64,000 bases of DNA from Candidatus Multivoradales bacterium (lineage in GTDB: Bacteria > Acidobacteriota > Thermoanaerobaculia > Multivoradales > JAHEKO01). Shown one piece after another: positions 32,178-42,090 of this stretch. Location of the stretch: assembly GCA_965223855.1 (NCBI GenBank), contig CBDCXM010000008.1, positions 320,001-384,000 of the forward strand, in the 5' to 3' direction. Position numbers and translations under genes: made by a program. Every line of letters starts with the position of its first letter. Position 1 is the first letter of the stretch. The notes under the pieces were generated by a model. The model was given only the letters and a program-made list of their open reading frames with translations. It searched no databases and was not told the DNA's origin.

Positions 32178-33206
32178 TCAGAATGCGTATTGCACTCCGA
32201 GGACCCACTGGACGTCGGTCTCGAGTTGCGGCCCGTCGAGATCCTGCACGACCGGCACCAGGTACTCGAGCGCCACCCTGAGACCGTCCGCCACACCCGA
32301 CTGGGCCTCGAAGTTGAGCCCGACGCCGAAGTCGAGCCTCGAGCCACCGCGCAGGTCGGGGAAAACGGTCGGCACCAGCCGTGAGGCGACTGCGCCCGCC
32401 AGCCGAGGGTCCGCTCCGTCGATGTCGCTCCAGTCGGCGAGCGCCAGCCGCCCTGACCAGCTCCACGACGTCCCCGCGCGTCGGGCGATCCACGCCGTCG
32501 CATCGAAGCGGTCGCCCAACGTGTAGTCGCGGTCGTTCTCGCCGGTTCGGACCGTGGCTATCCCCTGGCCGCCCCAGGACCAGCGATCGCTCTGCCCGAG
32601 CCAGGTCCCGCCGACGATGGCGTCCCAGGTACCGGAGCCGAGCTGCATCGGGTACGGCAGTTGAGCCGCGGCCGGGGCGCTCGCCGGCGTCACGTCGGCC
32701 TCGTCGATCGACCCGGTCGGCGCGCTGACGCCGAGGTTGAGGTGAAACCGGGTGCCTTCGGAGTCGAAAAGCTTCCACAGCGCGGTCAGTCGAAGGTCGC
32801 CGATGCCTGAGGAGCTGGTGGTGAAGCGGCCGCCCGCCCGGGTCAGGTGGTCCATCTCGAGATTGACCGAGGGCACCATCGCCATCAGGGTCAGGGTGTC
32901 GCTCGGCGCGTACATCGCGCCCAGCATGTGCATCCCCATCGTCATCCGCGTCGGCGTGACGATGAAGCCCTGGCCGGCCGGCGAGACGACCTCCAGGTCA
33001 GAGATTGCGGAGGATCCGAGCAGGCTGCCCTCCATGTCCATCCACATGTAGCGGTACGACACCATCCACTCGCCGCGGGAGTGCGTGTGCTCACCCATGA
33101 CGCCGATCGGCGCGTGCCCGTCCGGGCGCGCCGAGGTCCAGTGGGCTCGGGCCGACGTTGCGGTCCACAGCAGCAACGACAGTGCGATCCAGATCATCTT
33201 CTTCAA
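32178..33206 (-). CDS. Met/His-rich outer-membrane beta-barrel transporter (putative metal/Cu uptake)
   Basis: Signal peptide, HAPIGVMGEHTH, WMVSYRYMWMDM, MTMGMHM, GIGD, LPYPMQLGSGTWD, C-terminal YAF; TTG start with AAGGAG RBS. Confidence 0.75.
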   Translation of the reverse strand: MKKMIWIALSLLLWTATSARAHWTSARPDGHAPIGVMGEHTHSRGEWMVSYRYMWMDMEGSLLGSSAISDLEVVSPAGQGFIVTPTRMTMGMHMLGAMYAPSDTLTLMAMVPSVNLEMDHLTRAGGRFTTSSSGIGDLRLTALWKLFDSEGTRFHLNLGVSAPTGSIDEADVTPASAPAAAQLPYPMQLGSGTWDAIVGGTWLGQSDRWSWGGQGIATVRTGENDRDYTLGDRFDATAWIARRAGTSWSWSGRLALADWSDIDGADPRLAGAVASRLVPTVFPDLRGGSRLDFGVGLNFEAQSGVADGLRVALEYLVPVVQDLDGPQLETDVQWVLGVQYAF

Positions 33207-33377
33207 CGGTAGCTCCTTCTCTCTTCGCTGCTCGTTTCCGGCAGCTCTCTAATTCAGCCACTTCATTCGCCACTCACATCTGGCGTGCGGAGCGTCGACG
33301 CGCCGCCACGCCCGGCGCTCGCCGGCTCGCTGACGCGCTCCGGGGGCCGGCCTGCCGGACTCGGTCGTCCTGCAGGA

Positions 33378-33800
33378 TCAGGAGAGAAGGACTGGGGGGC
33401 CGCGGGGCGAGGGGCCGGAGACGGCTTGCCAGGCCCGCACGAGCGCACTCGAGCCTCGGAGCCGCTCTTCGGCTTCGAGGAGCTGGTTCGCGACCAGCTC
33501 TGCAAGCGCGATCGATTCGCCGGAAACCTGTCCCAGCGGGCAAGGTTCGCCGCTCGGAGCCCTGTCGTCGTCAGCGGGCTCTTCGCTCGCCGACGTGCTG
33601 GCGACTCCCTGATGCTCGTGGTGGCCCTCGGTCTCCAGAGAGACGGAAAGCTCCATCGCCCAACTGGGACAAGCCGTGACCGGCCAGCCGTGCGCGATCG
33701 GCGCCGGCATGAAGCCGACCGGAACGAGCGCCCGGAAGCCAAAACCGACTGCCAGCAGAACCGCCGATCCGAGCCGAGGGCTGAGGGCGGAAGCGATCAT
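33378..33800 (-). CDS. DUF2946/CruR-like leader protein ending in an RGPP motif
   Basis: N-terminal hydrophobic helix plus ALVPVGFMP, ACP, His patch HHEH, PCPLG, C-terminal PSPRGPP. Confidence 0.72.
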   Translation of the reverse strand: MIASALSPRLGSAVLLAVGFGFRALVPVGFMPAPIAHGWPVTACPSWAMELSVSLETEGHHEHQGVASTSASEEPADDDRAPSGEPCPLGQVSGESIALAELVANQLLEAEERLRGSSALVRAWQAVSGPSPRGPPVLLS

Positions 33801-33861
33801 CGCCCCGCGATTCTAGCGCCCTCGAATACCGGCGCCACCTCGACTTCGGACTGCTGGGCGG

Positions 33862-34461
33862 CTACTCGGCGGTCGGCAGCGGTCTGCGATCCATCACCCG
33901 ATCGACGATGCCGTACTCGACGGCGGCGTCGGCGGTGAGGATCTTGTCGCGCTCGGTGTCGGCGTGGATCTCTTCCTTCGACTTGCCCGTGTGGGCGGCG
34001 AGGATCTCGTCCATGCGGTCGCGCATCCGCGTCAGGTCCTTGGCGTGGATGTCGATGTCGGTCTGCTGTCCCTGGAGGCCATAGAGCAGCGGCTGATGAA
34101 TCAGGACCCGGCTGTTCGGCAGGACCGCCCGCTTCCCCTTCGTTCCGCCGGCGAGGAGCACCGCCGCCATCGACGCCGCCTGGCCGACGCACAGTGTGGC
34201 GACGTCGGGCTTGATGTACTGCATCGTGTCGTAGATCGCCATCCCCGCGGTGATCGATCCGCCCGGAGAGTTGAGGTAGAGGGAGATGTCGCGCTCGGGG
34301 TTCTCGGCCTCGAGGAAGAGCATCTGCGCGATGATCAGATTGGAAACGTCGTCGTCGATCGGCCGTCCGAGAAAGACGATGTTGTCCTTCAGCAACCGGC
34401 TGTAGATGTCGTACGCCCGCTCGCCGCGGTTGGTCTGTTCGACGACCATCGGGATCAGCAT
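33862..34461 (-). CDS. clpP: ATP-dependent Clp protease proteolytic subunit
   Basis: [44 protein letters not shown]. Confidence 0.97.
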   Translation of the reverse strand: MLIPMVVEQTNRGERAYDIYSRLLKDNIVFLGRPIDDDVSNLIIAQMLFLEAENPERDISLYLNSPGGSITAGMAIYDTMQYIKPDVATLCVGQAASMAAVLLAGGTKGKRAVLPNSRVLIHQPLLYGLQGQQTDIDIHAKDLTRMRDRMDEILAAHTGKSKEEIHADTERDKILTADAAVEYGIVDRVMDRRPLPTAE

Positions 34462-34463
34462 CT

Positions 34464-35801
34464 CTATTCCTCCTCGCCTGCGCTCTCGGCCCCGGCACCG
34501 GCCGCGGCCATCACCGGCGACGCTATCGGATTCGTCTCTTCTTCGCCCAGCAGCCGTCTGAGCGCGCGCTCCCTTTGCAACTGCGCGCGGAGTTCCTGCA
34601 GACGGCCGTCGCGGTCGAGCGCCTGGCGGAGCTGGCCGGCCGAGACTCCCTGCGCCCTGGCGAGCCCGGCGAGGGTCGCTTCGAACTCGTCCTCGGGAAT
34701 CCGGATCTCGAGCTTCCCCGCCACCCCGTCGAGCAGCAGCCGCGAGTGCACTCGCGCTTCCGCCTGCGGCCGGACTTCCGTGGCCAGCGCCTCCCAGTCG
34801 ATCTCGGCCTGGGAGGGATCGACGCCGCGCTGGCTCAGCCCCTCGGCGTAGTCGGTCAGCATGCTCCTGACCTCCCGCTCTACGACGCCCTCGGGAAGCT
34901 CGGTCGGATTGCGCTGGCGAAGCTGGTCGAGCAGCGCGCTCTCCCGCATCCTGCGCCCTTCCTGCTGCTTCGAGTAGTCGAGCCGGCGGCGCACGTCGTC
35001 GATCAGCTCCTGGGCATCGTCGAATTTGCCGAGCCGCGCGGCCAGCTCGTCGTCGAGCTCCGGCAGCTCGCGCTCTTTGACCGCCGTCAGTTCGAGGCGG
35101 TACTCGCGCCGCACCGGTGCAGCCGCTTCTTCTCCCTCGCCCGGCTCGGCGGGAGTCTCCTCGCGACTGAAGCTCGCTTTCTGGCCGGCCTTCTTGCCGG
35201 TCACCTCGATCGACAGCTCCTCCCAGACGTTGGGGTCGCCGACCTCGAAAGCGACCTCGTGTTCCTCCTCGTCGCTGCCGTCGACCTCGCGCAGCCTGGC
35301 CTCCACCAGCAGACCGTTCGACGCTTCCTTCTCGACCTCCACCCACGGCGCCACGTCGCGTCGCAGGTCCTCGAGCGCCCGATCGAGTTCCTCGTCGCTC
35401 GCCGCCTCCGCACGCGGCGGCAGGTCGAAGTCCTCGAGGTTCTTCAGCTCGAACTCCGGCCGCACCTCGACGAGTGCGGTGAAGGTGAGCGGCGCCCCCG
35501 CCAGATGGGAGACGTCCTCGACCGTGGGCGGCAGGATCGGGTCGAGTTCCGCCTCCGCCTCGGCCTGGCGCCAGTAGCGAGGCAGCAAACGGTCCACCAC
35601 CTCCTGCTGGATCTCCTCGCCGAAACGCTGAAGGACGATCTCGGACGGCACCTTCCCCTTGCGGAAGCCTGGCAGCCGTGCCTGCCCCCGGTACTCGGCG
35701 GTGATGCGAGCGGTCTCGGCCTCGACCGTCGCGGCGGGCACCTCGACCTTCAGGCGCTTGCGACAGGGGCCCGCTTCTTCGACGGACAGAACAACACTCA
35801 T
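34464..35801 (-). CDS. tig: Trigger factor
   Basis: [10 protein letters not shown] ribosome-binding motif, [10 protein letters not shown]; lies between tRNA-Leu and clpP. Confidence 0.92.
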   Translation of the reverse strand: MSVVLSVEEAGPCRKRLKVEVPAATVEAETARITAEYRGQARLPGFRKGKVPSEIVLQRFGEEIQQEVVDRLLPRYWRQAEAEAELDPILPPTVEDVSHLAGAPLTFTALVEVRPEFELKNLEDFDLPPRAEAASDEELDRALEDLRRDVAPWVEVEKEASNGLLVEARLREVDGSDEEEHEVAFEVGDPNVWEELSIEVTGKKAGQKASFSREETPAEPGEGEEAAAPVRREYRLELTAVKERELPELDDELAARLGKFDDAQELIDDVRRRLDYSKQQEGRRMRESALLDQLRQRNPTELPEGVVEREVRSMLTDYAEGLSQRGVDPSQAEIDWEALATEVRPQAEARVHSRLLLDGVAGKLEIRIPEDEFEATLAGLARAQGVSAGQLRQALDRDGRLQELRAQLQRERALRRLLGEEETNPIASPVMAAAGAGAESAGEEE

Positions 35802-35948
35802 GACGGGTTTCTCTCGGGGAACTGGTTGGGGACCGGGGGTGTTCGCGGAGACTGCCCCGGAGCGAGACCCTCGGAGCCGGCTGGCGCCGGGAGGGTGTGC
35901 GGCTCTGCGTGAACGGGCGGCTGCGAAAGGACTGAGTGCGAAAGAGGC

Positions 35949-36034
35949 TGGTGCGAAAGGGGGGACTCGAACCCCCACCCCTCGAAGGGACTAGATCCTA
36001 AGTCTAGCGCGTCTACCAATTCCGCCACTTTCGC
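35949..36034 (-). tRNA. tRNA-Leu (anticodon TAG)
   Basis: GCGAAAGTGGCGGAATTGGTAGACGCGCTAGACTTAGGATCTAGT...GGTTCGAGTCCCCCCTTTCGCACCA; long variable arm, encoded CCA. Confidence 0.97.
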
Positions 36035-36100
36035 TCGGAAACGCTCCGAGGCGACGCAGATCGAACCGGCACACATCGCCGGGTCGGAGAAGAAAAGCAG

Positions 36101-36176
36101 TGGTGAGCCGCCAGGGACTCGAACCCCGAACCCGCAGATTAAGAGTCTGCTGCTCTACCAGTTGAGCTAGCGGCCC
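36101..36176 (-). tRNA. tRNA-Lys (anticodon CTT)
   Basis: GGGCCGCTAGCTCAACTGGTAGAGCAGCAGACTCTTAATCTGC...GGTTCGAGTCCCTGGCGGCTCACCA; 76 nt. Confidence 0.97.
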
Positions 36177-36204
36177 ACGCACGGGGCGACGCCCCGGACG
36201 CGGA

Positions 36205-36233
36205 ATTGTACTCACGCACCGTCGACGCCTCAA
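36205..36233 (-). promoter_or_regulatory. Sigma-70 promoter of the tRNA-Lys/tRNA-Leu/tig unit
   Basis: TTGAGG-N17-TACAAT followed by a GC-rich discriminator-like stretch. Confidence 0.7.
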
Positions 36234-36290
36234 CCCCGATTCGCGACCCGACCGACTGGCGGCCCCACAGCCGGTGCGGGAGGCGCGATG

Positions 36291-36524
36291 TCAACCTCCC
36301 TGGACGAAACGGACGAGTTCGATCCGATCGCCGGAAGCGAGCCCGGTCGACTCGTACTCGCCGCGCGGGACGATCGAACCGTTGTGCTCCACCGCGACCA
36401 ACCGCGGATCGAGACCGAGAGAAGCGACCAGCTGCGCCACGCTCGCGACTCCGGTGAGCGACGTGACGTCGCCGTTGAGAGTCACCTCGAGGGCAGCCGG
36501 GCGCTCCTGCCGAGAGCCGTTCAC
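36291..36524 (-). CDS. thiS: Sulfur carrier protein ThiS
   Basis: VTLNG, VAVEHNGSIVPR, GDRIELVRFVQGG with C-terminal di-Gly. Confidence 0.88.
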   Translation of the reverse strand: MNGSRQERPAALEVTLNGDVTSLTGVASVAQLVASLGLDPRLVAVEHNGSIVPRGEYESTGLASGDRIELVRFVQGG

Positions 36525-37336
36525 AACAGGTGCTTGATCTCGGCGCTTCCGATCGAGCTCGACGCCGTGATGATGAGGGCCGCCGAGTTCTCCGGCACCT
36601 CCGGGACATCGACGACGAGCTGCAGGGTGCCGTCCTCGTCGGTGCTCCCCTCGGCGAGAGTCAGCGGGGCTCCGGTCTTCGAGATCATCCTCACGGCGAT
36701 CCTCGCAGCGGCGATCGGCTTGCCCGAGCGACTGGCGTGCGTCCCGAGGTCCATCCTCGTCGTCGAGCCGCTCGCGAGCGCCGGGCTCTCGTCCATCAGG
36801 AGCACGAGACTCTCTTCGGCGGCGACGCTCGACAGGTAGTCGAAGATCACCTGGTCGAGACTCGGCGCGCCGTCGGCCGGCGGTGACAGCGTGACAGGGG
36901 TCGGTGTCGGCATCGACGCCGGCGTCGGCGTCGGCATCAGGATCGGCTCCGGAGCCTCCTCTTCGGACGCCGCCGCCTCTTCGTCCTCGTCACCGAACAG
37001 CGCCCTCGCCTGCTGCATCATTCGAGCGGTCGCGATCGAAGGCTCGTCATCGACCTCTACGGCCCCGTCCGCACCTTCGGGAGTCTGTTCGTCGAACCGA
37101 CCCTCGCGGATCTGCTGGATCATCACCCGGTGCTGGCGTTCCATCAGCTTGGCGATCTCCTTGCGCCCGCCTCCCTCCTCCAGCACCTGCCGATAGGTCG
37201 CCCGCTTGCGAGCGAGGATCCGCCCGCCGACGTAGATCAGGCTCTCGATCCAGGCGCTGTCTTCCCCCTTGTCCTCGGTCTGGACGTGGAAGACGCTGCC
37301 CCGATGCTTGATGTCGTTGTTGAACCCGGTGATCAT
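36521..37336 (-). CDS. Conserved hypothetical protein (N-terminal ITGFN..HVQTED domain, Pro/Thr linker, C-terminal beta domain)
   Basis: ATG at 37336 (MITGFNNDIKHRGSVFHVQTEDKG), coding-like codon usage, stop overlaps the thiS start. Confidence 0.7.
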   Translation of the reverse strand: MITGFNNDIKHRGSVFHVQTEDKGEDSAWIESLIYVGGRILARKRATYRQVLEEGGGRKEIAKLMERQHRVMIQQIREGRFDEQTPEGADGAVEVDDEPSIATARMMQQARALFGDEDEEAAASEEEAPEPILMPTPTPASMPTPTPVTLSPPADGAPSLDQVIFDYLSSVAAEESLVLLMDESPALASGSTTRMDLGTHASRSGKPIAAARIAVRMISKTGAPLTLAEGSTDEDGTLQLVVDVPEVPENSAALIITASSSIGSAEIKHLL

Positions 37337-37422
37337 GACGGAACGGGGCTTCGTTGCTCGAAGAGCTATCGAAGGCCCGCGAATTCTACGTCCGGCGTTC
37401 GCGCCGATACAATGCTCGCGCG

Positions 37423-38472
37423 ATGGAGCGTCTGTATTCGATCGGCATCGGAGCCCCGGTGCGGGACATCCCGGCACCCGAGGGTGACCCCTCCTCGAGA
37501 CTCGTCGACGCGTTCGGCCGCCGCCTGACCTACCTGCGCGTTTCGGTCACCGATCGCTGCAACTTCAGGTGTCTGTACTGCCTTCCGGAGGACGCCGACT
37601 TCCCCTTCGGCGACCGCGACTTCCTCGACGCCGCCCAGTTCGAACGCCTCGTCGGCACCCTCGTCGATCTGGGCATCCGGCGGGTTCGCCTGACCGGCGG
37701 CGAGCCGCTGGTACGGCGCGACATCGTCGAGATCGTCCGCCGGCTGGCGGCGCTGCCCGGCCTCGATGACCTGGCGCTGTCGACCAACGGCACCGAACTG
37801 CCCCGGCTCGCTCGCCCGCTTCGCGACGCCGGGCTCGAGCGGGTCAACGTCAGTATCGACACGCTCGACGGTGAGCGCTTCCATCAGATCACCCGCCGCG
37901 ACGACCTCGAGAAGGTCTGGAGCGGCGTCGAGGCGGCGCTCGAGGCCGGGCTCGACCCGGTCAAGCTCAACTGCGTCCTGATGGCGGACCACGAGCCCGA
38001 GGATCTCGATCGACTCGTCGACCTCAGCCTCGAACGTCCGCTGTCGGTGCGCTTCATCGAGATGATGCCGACCGCTTCGAACGAGCACCTGCAGCCGGAC
38101 CGCTTTCGATCCTGTGACTGGCTGCGCGAGCGCATCGAGCGCCGCCACGGCGCCCTCGAGCCGGCGGACCCTGCCCGACGCACCGGGCCGGCGAAGGCGT
38201 TCCGCATCGCCGGTGCAACGGGGAGCGTCGGCTTCATCACCCCGCTCTCGCACACCTTCTGCAAGGACTGCAACCGCCTGCGCCTGACCGCCCGCGGCGA
38301 GTTGCGTCTGTGCCTCTTCGCCGACCACGTTCACCCGCTGCGACACCTCCTCGAAGATCGCACCGCGCTCGAGGACGAGATCCTGCGAGTGCTGGCCGAC
38401 AAGCCCGAGGAGCACATGTTGACCGCCGGCGACTACGGCAACCTGGCGAGCTTCATGGAGATCGGCGGCTGA
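37423..38472 (+). CDS. moaA: GTP 3',8-cyclase MoaA
   Basis: YLRVSVTDRCNFRCLYC, RLTGGEP, RFIE, FCKDCNRLRLTARG.LRLCL, C-terminal IGG; start chosen from TACAAT 9 nt upstream. Confidence 0.93.
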   Translation: MERLYSIGIGAPVRDIPAPEGDPSSRLVDAFGRRLTYLRVSVTDRCNFRCLYCLPEDADFPFGDRDFLDAAQFERLVGTLVDLGIRRVRLTGGEPLVRRDIVEIVRRLAALPGLDDLALSTNGTELPRLARPLRDAGLERVNVSIDTLDGERFHQITRRDDLEKVWSGVEAALEAGLDPVKLNCVLMADHEPEDLDRLVDLSLERPLSVRFIEMMPTASNEHLQPDRFRSCDWLRERIERRHGALEPADPARRTGPAKAFRIAGATGSVGFITPLSHTFCKDCNRLRLTARGELRLCLFADHVHPLRHLLEDRTALEDEILRVLADKPEEHMLTAGDYGNLASFMEIGG

Positions 38473-38473
38473 C

Positions 38474-38525
38474 CCGCACCGGCCGGCCGCATCGGCTGCC
38501 CGCATCGGCTGTCGGCATCGGCTGA
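38474..38525. repeat. Imperfect 13-bp tandem repeat, 4 units (CCGCATCGGCTGN)
   Basis: ccgcaccggccgg / ccgcatcggctgc / ccgcatcggctgt / cggcatcggctga directly after the moaA stop. Confidence 0.75.
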
Positions 38526-38645
38526 CCAGGCTGGTTGAAGCCCGCTCCACGCCGTGAGAAACTGAGGACGGCAGAGGCCCTCGCCACGAGGCTCCTCCGC
38601 CCCACCCCACAAGTCGAGTCTCACCATCCCAACCGGAGGTTTTCC

Positions 38646-39437
38646 ATGTCCGATCGAAGACTGGTCGAATACGAGGTCCGTGAAGGTGTCGCGTATCTGA
38701 CGCTCACCGACCCGCCTGCCAACACCTACACCCACGAGATGATGCGGGATCTCGACGAAGCGATCCTCAAGGCGCGTTTCGATCCGGACGTCCACGTCCT
38801 GGTGCTGACCGGCGAGGGCGAGAAGTTCTTCTGCGCCGGCGCCAACATCAAGATGCTCCAGGAGTCGGACCCGACCTTCAAGTACTTCTTCTGCCTCCAC
38901 GCCAACGAGACGCTGAGCCGCCTCGAGCAGACGCCGAAGCTGGTGATCGCCGCGCTCAACGGCCACACCGTCGGCGGCGGCCTCGAGATCGCCATGGCGG
39001 CGGATCTCAGGATCGCCCGCAAGGACGCCGGCAAGCTCGGCCTGCCGGAGATCAATCTCGGCGTGCTGCCCGGCACCGGCGGCACCCAGCGCCTGGCGCG
39101 CATGATCGGCAAGTCGAAGGCGATCGAGCTGATGGTCACCGGCGAGCTGTTCAGTTTCGAGCGCGGTGAAGAGCTCGGGCTCGTCAACAAGATCTTCGAG
39201 GGCGACGACTTCATGGAGCAGGTGCACGCCTACGCCGCTCAGTTCACCCTCCCCGGCACCGCCGCCAAGGCCGCCGGTCGCATCAAGCGATCGGTGCAGT
39301 CGGGAACCGAGGTGCCGTTCGAGAGCGGGCTCGCCATCGAGCGAGAGCTCCAGCAGCTGCTCTTCTCGAGCCAGGATGCCAAGGAGGGGCTGGCCGCCTA
39401 CGTCGAGAAGCGCAAGCCGTCGTTTTCGGGTAACTGA
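38646..39437 (+). CDS. Enoyl-CoA hydratase/isomerase
   Basis: FFCAGANI, GGGLEIA, GLPEINLGVLPGTGGTQRL; GGAGG RBS before ATG 38646. Confidence 0.92.
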   Translation: MSDRRLVEYEVREGVAYLTLTDPPANTYTHEMMRDLDEAILKARFDPDVHVLVLTGEGEKFFCAGANIKMLQESDPTFKYFFCLHANETLSRLEQTPKLVIAALNGHTVGGGLEIAMAADLRIARKDAGKLGLPEINLGVLPGTGGTQRLARMIGKSKAIELMVTGELFSFERGEELGLVNKIFEGDDFMEQVHAYAAQFTLPGTAAKAAGRIKRSVQSGTEVPFESGLAIERELQQLLFSSQDAKEGLAAYVEKRKPSFSGN

Positions 39438-39439
39438 CG

Positions 39440-40897
39440 TTGAGCGACGGTCCCAGGCTCCCCCCGGCGAAGCTCTACATCGGTGGCGAGTGGGTCGAGC
39501 CGGAAGCCGGCAAGACCTTCGTCACCGAGAATCCCGCCACCGAGGAGGCGATCTGCGAGGTCGCCTCCGCCTCGGCGGCCGATGTGGATCGCGCCGTCGA
39601 GGCCGCCGCGGCCGCGCAGCGCGGTGAGTGGGCGAAGCTCTCGGCGCGCGAACGCGGCAAGCTGATCTGGCGGCTGGCGGACGCTCTCGAGGCGTCGATC
39701 GACGACTTCGCGCTCGTCGAGACGCTCGACAACGGCAAGCCGATCTTCGAGTCGCGCTACGTCGACATGCCGTCGGTCATCGACTGTCTGCGCTACTACG
39801 CCGGCTGGGCGGACAAGGTCGTCGGGGAGACGCTGCCGCTGTCGGGCCCGATGGTGCTCAACTACACCCTGCGCGAACCGGTCGGCGTGGTCGGCGCCAT
39901 CACACCCTGGAACTTCCCTCTGCTGCTGGCGTCGTGGAAGATCGCTCCGGCGCTCGCCTGCGGCAACACCGTGGTCCACAAGCCGGCGTCGCTGACGCCG
40001 CTGACGGCGCTCAAGCTCGCCGAGCTGGCGACCGAGGTCGGCATTCCGGCCGGAGTGCTCAACGTCGTCCCGGGCGGCGGTTCGGAGGTCGGCGGCACCA
40101 TGGTCGCCCATCCGGGGATTCAGAAGATCGCCTTCACCGGCTCGACCCAGGTCGGCGTCGGAATCGCCAAGCAGGCGGCCGAGAGCGTCAAGAGGCTGTC
40201 GCTCGAGCTCGGCGGCAAGTCGCCCAACGTCGTCTTCGCCGACGCCGACATCGACGCCGCGGTGAAGGGCGCCTTCAACGGCATCTTCTACGGCAAGGGC
40301 GAGGTGTGCGCGGCGGGTTCGCGACTGTTCGTCGAGCGCTCGGCGCACGACGAGCTGATCGAAAAGCTAGTCGCCCGCACCGAGAGCCTGCAGCCCGCCG
40401 ACCCGCAGCACCCCAAGACGCGTCTCGGGCCGCTGGTGTCCGAGGGACAGCGCGAGAGCGTGCTCGGCTATGTCGACAAGGGCAAGTCGGAGGGTGCCGA
40501 GGTCGCGACCGGCGGCGAGGCGGCCGACGTCGACGGCAAGGGGTGGTTCATGCGCCCCACCGTACTGACCGGGGTCGACAACTCGATGACGGTGGCGCAG
40601 GAGGAGATCTTCGGGCCGGTTCTGGTCGCCATCCCGTTCGACGACGTCGAGGAGGCGGTGGCGCTCGCCAACGCCTCGATCTACGGTCTCGCGGCCGGGG
40701 TGTGGACGCGCGACGTCGCCAAGGCCCACCAGGTCGCTTCGCGTCTGGAGGCCGGCACGGTGTGGATCAACCAGTACAACTGGTACGACGCCGGAGCGCC
40801 CTTCGGCGGCTACAAGCAGAGCGGCTACGGCCGCGAGCTCGGCCGCCAGGCGCTCGACCTCTACACCGAGACCAAGACCGTCTTCGTCGGCCGATGA
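39440..40897 (+). CDS. Aldehyde dehydrogenase
   Basis: ITPWNFP, FTGST, LELGGKSP, catalytic GEVCAAG, EEIFGPV, PFGGYKQSG. Confidence 0.93.
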   Translation: MSDGPRLPPAKLYIGGEWVEPEAGKTFVTENPATEEAICEVASASAADVDRAVEAAAAAQRGEWAKLSARERGKLIWRLADALEASIDDFALVETLDNGKPIFESRYVDMPSVIDCLRYYAGWADKVVGETLPLSGPMVLNYTLREPVGVVGAITPWNFPLLLASWKIAPALACGNTVVHKPASLTPLTALKLAELATEVGIPAGVLNVVPGGGSEVGGTMVAHPGIQKIAFTGSTQVGVGIAKQAAESVKRLSLELGGKSPNVVFADADIDAAVKGAFNGIFYGKGEVCAAGSRLFVERSAHDELIEKLVARTESLQPADPQHPKTRLGPLVSEGQRESVLGYVDKGKSEGAEVATGGEAADVDGKGWFMRPTVLTGVDNSMTVAQEEIFGPVLVAIPFDDVEEAVALANASIYGLAAGVWTRDVAKAHQVASRLEAGTVWINQYNWYDAGAPFGGYKQSGYGRELGRQALDLYTETKTVFVGR

Positions 40898-42090
40898 CGC
40901 CGGGCGCGGAGCCGCTCGTCCTGGCGGCGCCGGTTCGCACGCCGATCGGCAAGTTCGGCGGTGTGCTGGCGCCGCTGTCGGCGGCCGATCTGGGGACCGC
41001 GGCGGCCTCCTCGTGCCTCGAGCGGGCCGGGCTCGACCCGGCGGCGATCGATCAGGTGATCTTCGGTCACGCACGGCAGGCGGGAGGAGGGCCCAACACT
41101 GCCCGCCAGATCGCCTACCGGGCGGGCGTACCGGTGACGTCGACCGCCTACACCGTCAATCAGGCGTGCGCCTCGGGGATGCAGGCGGTGATCTCGGCGG
41201 CGCGAGCGCTGCGCCTCGGCGAAGCCGACATCGTCCTCGCCGGCGGCACCGAGAGCATGTCGAACACCCCCTACCTGCTGCCTCGCGCCCGCTGGGGCTA
41301 CCGGCTCGGCCACGCCGAGCTCACCGACGGCATGTACCGCGACGGCTTCGACTGCCCGCTGGCGAAGATGGTGATGGGAGAGACCGCCGAGGAGCTGGCC
41401 GCCGAGCGTGGCGTGTCGCGTGAGGAGGCCGACGCCTGGGCGGCCGGCAGTCAGCAGCGCAGCGAGAGCGCCCGCCGCAGTGGCCGCTTCGAAGCCGAGA
41501 TCGCGCCAATCACCGTACCGGGGCGGAAGGGCGAGACCGTCGTCTCGGAAGACGAACACCCGCGCGACGGTGTCACCGTCGACGGCCTCGCCAGGCTCCA
41601 GCCGGTGTTCCGGGACGGCGGGACGGTCACCGCCGGCAACGCGTCCGGCATCACTGACGGCGGCGCCGCGCTGCTGGTCGCCACCGAGGCGGCGGCCGAG
41701 CGCCACGGCCTCGTTCCGATCGCCCGTCTGATCGACTGGCAGGTTTCGGGAGTCGAGCCGCGCATCATGGGAATCGGACCGGTGCCGGCGGTGAGGACGC
41801 TCGTCGAGCGTCACCCGTTCGAGCTCGACGCCGTCGACGAGATCGAGCTCAACGAAGCGTTCGCCAGCCAGGTGGTCGCCTGCGTCGACGAGCTCGAGCT
41901 CGCTCCCGAGCGCGTCAACCCCGACGGCGGAGCGATCTCGCTCGGCCATCCGATCGGCTGCACCGGCGCCCGCATCCTCGTCACCCTGCTCCACGGCCTG
42001 GAGGCGCGCGGCGGACGGCGGGGGCTCGCCACGCTGTGTGTGTCGGGGGGTCTCGGCGCCGCTGTGCTGATCGAGCGGGAGGCGGCATGA
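40894..42090 (+). CDS. Acetyl-CoA C-acyltransferase (thiolase)
   Basis: NQACASG, NEAF, GHPIG, CVSGG; ATGA overlap with the ALDH gene. Confidence 0.93.
   Translation: MTPGAEPLVLAAPVRTPIGKFGGVLAPLSAADLGTAAASSCLERAGLDPAAIDQVIFGHARQAGGGPNTARQIAYRAGVPVTSTAYTVNQACASGMQAVISAARALRLGEADIVLAGGTESMSNTPYLLPRARWGYRLGHAELTDGMYRDGFDCPLAKMVMGETAEELAAERGVSREEADAWAAGSQQRSESARRSGRFEAEIAPITVPGRKGETVVSEDEHPRDGVTVDGLARLQPVFRDGGTVTAGNASGITDGGAALLVATEAAAERHGLVPIARLIDWQVSGVEPRIMGIGPVPAVRTLVERHPFELDAVDEIELNEAFASQVVACVDELELAPERVNPDGGAISLGHPIGCTGARILVTLLHGLEARGGRRGLATLCVSGGLGAAVLIEREAA

Noticed and set aside
35949-36176. tRNAs as a prophage or island integration site
   Set aside because: No integrase, no duplicated tRNA 3' end noticed, and the flanks are housekeeping genes.
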